A stretch of 64,000 nt of DNA from NCBI RefSeq assembly GCF_009914755.1, contig NC_060932.1; one strand, 5' to 3'. The notes below the pieces were generated by a model. It saw nothing but the letters and a program-made list of their open reading frames with translations. It had not been told where the DNA came from and made no database searches. Numbering within the stretch: position 1 is the stretch's first letter; every line of letters begins with the position of its first letter. Below are positions 56,177 to 64,000 of the stretch, piece after piece. This DNA is from the human T2T-CHM13v2.0 reference genome, Homo sapiens. Made by a program: the position numbers and the translations under genes.

Positions 56177-56936
56177 CTTTCTTTCTTTCTTTCTTTCCTT
56201 CTCTTTCCCTTTCTTTCTCTCTCTCTTTTTCTTTCTTCTTTCTTTCTTTCTTTCCTTCTTTCTTCTTTTTCCTTTCTCACTATATTGCCCAGGCTGGTCT
56301 TGAACTCGTGGGTTTCAGCAATCCTCCTGCCTCTGCCTCCCTAAATGCTAGTGAGAGAGGAGAATGGAAAAAACCTGGTCAGGCAGGCAATTAAAGTGTG
56401 TCCTTGGTTGAATTCTTTCAAACAAAAGAACAGTCCACAGGCACAGATAAGGGATTGTGCACAGCGGGGCTTGCCTAAGACACGCCCACAGCTGCACAGA
56501 TAAGAAAGCCTACACAGGTAACTTGCCCAGACATGCCGGCAATGGAAAATTCTGTTCCCTAACATATGCACAGTAAAGGTAACAAAGCAATATGGAGTAA
56601 CTCAAGCTAAGGGCCCGCATGCACACTAGAAGGACAGGGTAGATCTACCAGCCTCATTGATGCCCAGACCTCACTGGTTTCTCATAAATAAGCCTTTGCA
56701 TTCAACTGTAAAAACAGCAACCCTCTTCTGGGTCCCCTCTCCACAGCAGAGAGCTTTCTTCTTTCATTTGTTAAACTTTTGCTCCAACCTCACCCTCGGT
56801 GTCCACGCTTCTTAAATTTCTTGGTCGGGAGACAAAGGACTTCAGGTACTACCTCAGGCAATGAGAGACTGCTACACTGTGGTGCACTGTCGAGACTGTA
56901 ACACTAGGATTACAGGCTGAGCCACCCCACTCAGCT
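56177..56936 (-). mobile_element. Alu monomer (FLAM-like) split by a MER61 LTR
   Basis: TSD CCAATAAGTCTTT at 56164-56176 and 56937-56949; Alu sequence resumes at 56908. Confidence 0.85.
56352..56903 (+). mobile_element. ERV1 solo LTR, MER61-like
   Basis: TGAGAGAGGAGAA..GGTCAGGCAGGCA..TAACA with TG..CA ends; 4-bp TSD CTAG at 56348-56351 and 56904-56907. Confidence 0.82.
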
Positions 56937-57765
56937 CCAATAAGTCTTTTCAAAGAAAGACCCAGAGGTAACTTGCAGGTTTAGAAAGTAGGCAGAGAAG
57001 ATGCAGCTCCCAATGATTGAAGAGTTCATTCCCACAGACAGACGAAGAAAGCTAAGACCTTCATTGCCACAGGTGGAAGGGATAGTGTTTGTGAAAATGG
57101 TGCCTCCAGCCTCCCTTGGACACATGGGGAACCTCCAGGCACCAGCCTGTCAATCTATGATGCCAGGCAGGACCTACTGGGATTGGACTTTCCCAGCGCT
57201 AACCAAGCAATCAAAGGTTGGGATGACAAAAGCCCTTAAGAACTGGGACCTCTGAAGACAAACTCCCCTGAAAGCAGGCACAGTCACAGAGAGAACGCTG
57301 CTTATGGCTTGCGACTTGGGCTCCCAGCCTACTTCACTGGCCTCCTGACACAAGCTGACACATGCACCCCAGCCTGGCAGAGGCCAGAGAGTATTCTCAC
57401 TGATCAAAAATACAGGATCTCACAACATAAAACAAGCTGGAAGGAGAATCTCATCCATTTTCTTCTGTCTCAGGGACACACAGCAAAGTTCGTCTAAACA
57501 GACACCAATATGGTGAGAATCATGAACTCAGCAGCCTGTGAGGCCAGCTCAAACCACTGGCTTATGTAGGGCCCATGCCACTGATCCCGCCCTGGGAGTC
57601 TCCTCCTTATGACACATGACACAAAAGACACAGGCAGGAAAACAATGACCATCTCTGGGAGGGAGAGAGTCAGAAAATAAAAATACTCATACTCCCCCAA
57701 AACATCAGAGTTGCTCCACAGGAACTAATTCACACACGTTTTCTAATTTAAATTTAGATCTCACC

Positions 57766-58066
57766 TTTTTTTTTTTTAGATGGCGTCTCACTCTGTCACC
57801 CAGGCTGGAATGCAATGGTACAATCATTGCTTACTGCAGCCTCAAACTCCTGGACTCAAGTGATCCTCCTGCCTCAGCCTCCTGAGTAGCTGAGATTGCA
57901 GGTGTCCACCACCACACCAAGCTAAATGTGTGTGTGTGTGTGTGTAGACATGGTCTCCCTATGCTGCTTAGGCTGGTCGCAAACACCTAGTCTCAAGCAA
58001 TCCTCCCACCTGGGTCTCCCAAAGCACTGGGATTACAGGAATAAGCCCCCACACCCAGCCACCACT
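57766..58066 (-). mobile_element. AluJ-like with (TG)n in the linker
   Basis: Antisense dimeric Alu. Confidence 0.92.
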
Positions 58067-59074
58067 CTCATTTTGACCACACTCGGCAGGCACAGATCCA
58101 GGAGCCTAATTTGGTACAAAATGTTACCTGTGGCCAGTGTTTTCTCAGGGGTCCCAGGATCCTGTAGCTGCAGCGGTCCCAGAGCAAGCTAGTCCCAGCC
58201 AGTGATGACCCACACTGGGTACCAACTGTAGGGAAGCAAAACAGGGCTTTCCCCACCTTCTAGGTCCTTTGGCTGGGATAGGAATTAAATTGACATAAAC
58301 CAGATTAACAGGAGAAAAACCATGTTTAATTGCATATGTACACACGAGAGTCCCACAAAATATGAGACTTGATGAAGGGTCACATTATTAAAGCTGATAC
58401 GGCATCCTGAGCTACACAAAGGAAGAGGGGCCGGGGCTGCAGAGAGGTGGTGACCACCAGTGGGAGGGCGAGGGGAGGAAATGTATGATGAACAAAAGCT
58501 ATCTTGCTGGGCAGACAAAAAGTCCCTTGGGCAATAAAAGTTGTCTGGAGCAACTCTCTCCCTGATATAGACAATTTTACTAACGTAGATTTCCTTTACA
58601 GATGCAAATTTCTTTAACAAAGCAACAGCTTTTCAGTGCTACTCCTGTGTCTGCAGTTTCTCAGAATAACCAACTCGAAATATGCTACAGAAGTATATTT
58701 GGGGGTGGCATATTCTGGTCTCCTAAGGTCATATTTTAGGGTGCTATGTCCTGAGCCCCATCAGTCTACAAAATCATGAGAGACTTTGTCAATATACAAC
58801 ATATACAAAATAGATAAAAACTTGAAATATGATATCAAAAAATAAATATATATAGGAGTTGTAACATTTTCTTTCCTTGCTAAAAAGGATGGTCTATTTG
58901 TTTATATCACTTTGTGGCACTTAGGGAGTACTTTGTTGTACTATAGTTATCTGTGTACGTGGTCATCTCCTTTATTAAAAAGAAAGCTCTTTAGGGGACA
59001 GAGATTGCAATATATTTATCACTAGATGTCATTCAACCGTAGGGCTTTAAACAAAATAAGTGCTCAGTAATTAC

Positions 59075-59290
59075 CTGCCAAGTGGACCCTGAACACATGC
59101 ATGCGTCAAAGGCCATACGAATGAATGACTTCTCCCAATAAGCCATTGTTGAGTATCGTAAAGGAAATGAGTTTAGTTGGCCATGACTTCCTCCTGGTGA
59201 ACCCATGCTAGCTGCCAGGGAACACTGCTTTTCCCCTAACCAGTGATAAACCATCTGTTTAATAATCAATTCTAACATTTTTTCAGGAAT
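59075..59290 (-). mobile_element. CR1/L3 fragment
   Basis: GGAAATGAGTTTAGTTGGCCATGACTTCCTCCTGGTGAACCCATGCT resembles antisense L3 ORF2. Confidence 0.6.
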
Positions 59291-59330
59291 TTGGCCTTAT
59301 GAAATCTGCTGTCTTGAAAAGTGAGACATT

Positions 59331-59833
<503 letters not shown>

Positions 59834-61028
59834 TCAGCCCAGGATTGGCATAGCTCTGCACTGGAAGACAGCACGCTTGTGTGCTGATGGCTGATTGGGA
59901 ATGAGGTGGATCCGTTTGGCAGAGTACAATCTCTAAACTTTTAAAACTTCATACTTCTATCAGTAAAAATATTTTTTGAGTAGGTATCTTCAATATACGC
60001 ATATTAACATATTTTTAAATCATATACCTGTATTATCATGTGCCAATACATGATGTACCATATAAAACATACAACAAAATAGAAATTTTTAAAGGGTGAT
60101 ATTTTTAAAATGTGGATACACAGAAGCTCTAATGACTTCTTTCTGCATCCTTGTACCCTGTACACTGCTGGGTTCAAGGACCCAGGAGACTGCAGGACTT
60201 GTGCTTGCAATGAGGATGATGAGCTAATCCCCCGAAGGCCAGAGAGGGTCACAGGCCTCCAGAGCTACTGCCTTGGATCCTTGACCCTGCTACCATCCCA
60301 CCAACAGGGGCCGCTGGTCACATGGTCAAGAGCCAGCAGTAAGGCTGGATTTGCACCCCTGTACGGGAAGCACAGCACGAGAGCGGGGGCGGTGGAGGGC
60401 GATTTGGATGTCAGCCCTGTTTTATCCCAGGCTGATCTGGGGCGCTCCGTGTGTGCCTCGTTCTGGGTAGTCGCTGAGCACCGCTGAGCCTGCCTTGCCA
60501 ATTTGTGAAACAGGAAAGCTAACGCCTACATGACAGGCTGCTCTGAGCATGAGCGGAGGCAGAAGGGTAAACTTCTGCAATATGGGCAGAGGAGGTGCCC
60601 ACAAACCTCTGTCTCCTCTCATACACGGCGCATGACCTTTTTATTTATTAGGTGGTATCTGTAAGAAATGAAGTTGCTCAGATCTCATGAAGAGCCTCTG
60701 TACTGACGCATGGGAGTATTTTCCTTCTAGCGGGTAGCTGAAGATAGAATTACTTGGAAACACTCTAGGGGGAGAGAAGTGGTTGCTGTAGATAAGAAAG
60801 GGAGTGGGAGTGAATGCACAACATTAGAAAAAAACCGCCCAACTTGGAGAAGAAACGGACATATTTACTCAACTTTCCACCCTCCGCTTTTTCTCCAGTG
60901 AAGTAATCTTTATATTAGAGATACTTTTCAATGTAGTTGTATTTTCTAAATGTATTATGCAATGTTGAAGACATACAAAAATGAGTAAAGAAAAATAAAC
61001 ACAGGTATCCACTACTCAGCTCAAGAAA

Positions 61029-61312
61029 TAGCACTTTGGGAGGCTGAGGCAGGAGGATCCCTGAAGTCCAGGAGTTTGAGACCAGCCTGGGCAACACAGC
61101 AAGACCACGTCTCTACAAAAACTGAAAAAAAAAAATTAGCCGGGCATGGTGGCATGAGTCTGTAGTTCCAGCTACTCAGGAGGTTGAGGTGGGAGGATTG
61201 CTTGAGTCTGGGAGTTCAAGGCTGCAGTGAGCTACGATTATGCCACTGTATTCCAGCCTGGGCAACAGAGCAAGACCCTGTCTGAAAATACATTTTAAAA
61301 TTTTTAAAAATA
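61029..61312 (+). mobile_element. AluJ-like, 5'-truncated, within an L1 fragment
   Basis: Starts at AGCACTTTGGGAGG. Confidence 0.9.
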
Positions 61313-61457
61313 AAACACTGCCCACACAGTGAAGTCCACTCTCTGCACCTTCTCCACCACCTCCTTCCTAACCCAATATTATTAACTTGGCATTTATCGT
61401 TCAAGACACTTCTGTATACTTTTACAACATATATATGTATCCCCAAGTAGCAAATAG

Positions 61458-61870
<413 letters not shown>

Positions 61871-63171
61871 TAAAGCACCTACTATGTTTGTTGTGCCATG
61901 AGTAATCATAACAAAAAGTCTCTTCACTTTCAAGTCCTGGAAACATGTCAGCACAAACTACATTAAAAATGATTCCTTTGCAAATTCATTTTAAGACTTT
62001 GCAAATTCTCGCTGCTTTCATGTCACCACTCCTATGGAAACAGAAATTCTATTTCCACAGAAAAGTCACTGTTCTGTGATTAAGCAAAACGGTGGTAGAT
62101 ACCATGATTCAAGGGACAGGGGGGCATTCTATTCTGCATAAAGATGGGTCACGAATTCTAAATAAGTGTCCCCAGAGAAAGCAATCTGGGGCTCTAGGAA
62201 AGGTGGAGCCTCTGCCCTGACCCCGCCTTCGCCACTCTTATTTTCTAGACAGCAGAGTTCAGCATAGTGTGGGATTCTCCTGAATCTCATTCAAGGCATC
62301 TGGTCAGGAGTGTAGGTGAAAGACCCACTAGCTCCCCGGGATGTGCCTGAGCTCACAGAGCGTGAAGGCAGGGGGTGTGGAGGGCTGGCTGCAGAGCTGG
62401 GGCTGGCTGGCTGTAGGGCCTGGCTCTCTTTCCAAGGTTCTAGAGGTGGGGTCCACTCGAGGGTGAAGGGCCCCCATTTCTTGCCTTCCACTGGTCTCAA
62501 GTGGCTGGGGCAAAAAAGTGAGCCCAAATTTCACAAGTTACCAACAGAGTAACCTAAAGATGACCCTTCAGTGGCCCCTGAGCGTGGAGGCCACAACGGG
62601 AGGGAAGTCCTTGGGGCTGAGCCCGGCTACTTCCAGGTGGAAACAGGAACTTCGGCCGCATTCTGCTCAGGACCCAGAGTCAATGCTGCAGCCACTGCTC
62701 GCCCGACTAGGACATTTTTGCTCTTCCAAATGCACTTCCATTCTAGTTTCCTACAACACAGGCTTCTAGCTAAAAAGATTTTGAGCTCATGATGTTACTG
62801 TTCTGTGGATTAGGTAAAGAAATGTACTTCTATGAATGTAAATGATCAATACTCTATTAATCTTTCATCACAATTATTAGTAAGCTGCAAAACCTCGCCA
62901 GCTCTGTCCCCCCTAGAACTGGCCTTGGGGTCACACTTTCACTTTAATCACACTCTGGCCTCCCATGTCCACCGTACAGTCAGAAGTCGTTTTGGCCACC
63001 AACAGTTCAGTGTTTCCGCAAGTCTCTTTGTGGCAACTGCCTCTGAGAACTGTGTCCTGTTGACCAAGCTGAGCTTCTCAGTGAACCACCAGGCCTGAGC
63101 TCAACACTTGAAACAAGTCCATTTTCTCCTGGTGGAGACTGCACAGCGTGGTGGGATTTCACCTTACCCTT

Positions 63172-63534
63172 TGATATGGTTTGGCTGTGTCCCCACCCAA
63201 ATCTCATCTTGAATTGTAGTTCCCATAATTCCCACATGTTGTGGGAGGGACCCGGTGGGAGGTATTGAATCATGGGGGTGGTTCTTTCCCATGCTGTTCT
63301 TGTGATAGTAAATAAGTCTTACGAGATCTGATGGTTCTATAAAGGGGAGTTCCCCTGCACATGTTCTCTTGCCTGCCGCCATGTAAGATGTGCCTTTGCT
63401 CTCCTTTGCCTTCTGCCATGATTGTGGGGTCTCCCCAGCCATGTGGAACTGTGAGTCCATTAAACCTCTTTTTCTTAATAAATTACCCAGTCTCGGGTAT
63501 GTCTTTATTAGCAGCATGAGAACACACTAATACA
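63172..63534 (+). mobile_element. THE1 (MaLR) solo LTR
   Basis: TGATATGGTTTGGCTGTGTCCCCACCCAAATCTC..CTAATACA; 5-bp TSD CCCTT at 63167-63171 and 63535-63539. Confidence 0.95.
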
Positions 63535-64000
63535 CCCTTGGTCCTGCCCACTAGTGACTTTTTGTAGGCAATTAACAAGCCTTTAGTCCTAATCCAAAGA
63601 GGCCTGATGACTTGGGAATGTCAGAAGTAGGAAATGTATGCCCCTAGCATCCAATCCTATAGAGGGGAGGGGTCCTTGGTGCCCCCAACCTGCCAGCTGT
63701 GAGATTTCTAATCCTCCCTTTGCTGACTGTGCAATTGCCCTATTTTTCTAGAAAAGGCTACTCTGGCCCATTGCTGATTGTCTATGACCCCATGGGGTCT
63801 AAGTTACTCACTGTAACTGTCCCCAGAGAAAACAGGCTGGGGCTGTAGGAAAGGTGGGAGCTCTGCCACCTTGATGTAACCTCAGAGCTGGTCCCTTCCT
63901 CCTCAGGTCACCATGCTCACTCCTGCTGCCCAGGTCTCAAAGACAGCCTACACCACCCACTCCCTGGCTTAGCACCATCCCCTGCCCTCTGTCTCTGCTG

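Noticed and set aside
63410-63445. PRDM9 hotspot motif in the THE1 LTR
   Set aside because: Sequence reads GTCTCCCCAGCCAT and does not match CCNCCNTNNCCNC.

Overview
Human (primate) genomic DNA from the 5' part of ANK1 (ankyrin-1, 8p11.21), transcribed on the minus strand. The anchor is erythroid exon 1E: 35099->35073 encodes MPYSVGFRE, the ankyrin-R N-terminus, followed by GTGAGT, inside a CpG island carrying the known GATA/CACCC/Sp1 promoter and barrier element. A second CpG island (~4370-5470) holds a phase-0 alternative first exon (MAARQGRSGPDPA|GTGAGT), most likely exon 1A; exon 2 lies left of the window. The rest is intron or upstream DNA: about 30 Alu elements, MIR/L2/CR1/L1 fragments, Charlie1 and MER1B DNA transposons, solo LTRs (LTR8-, MER61-, THE1-, MLT1-like), a decayed ~9 kb MER34-like provirus, a Y3 RNA pseudogene and several erythroid enhancer-like motif clusters. 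I found no evidence for a wholly new biological system. The best leads are an identical 11-mer 5' splice-site motif at both first exons (overlapping the spherocytosis TG-deletion site in 1E), a MER61 LTR with p53 and GATA sites, a TAL1/GATA/KLF cluster at ~10.4 kb, and a GGGGCC tract beside exon 1A. Repeat subfamily calls are by eye and their boundaries are approximate; literature statements are from memory.
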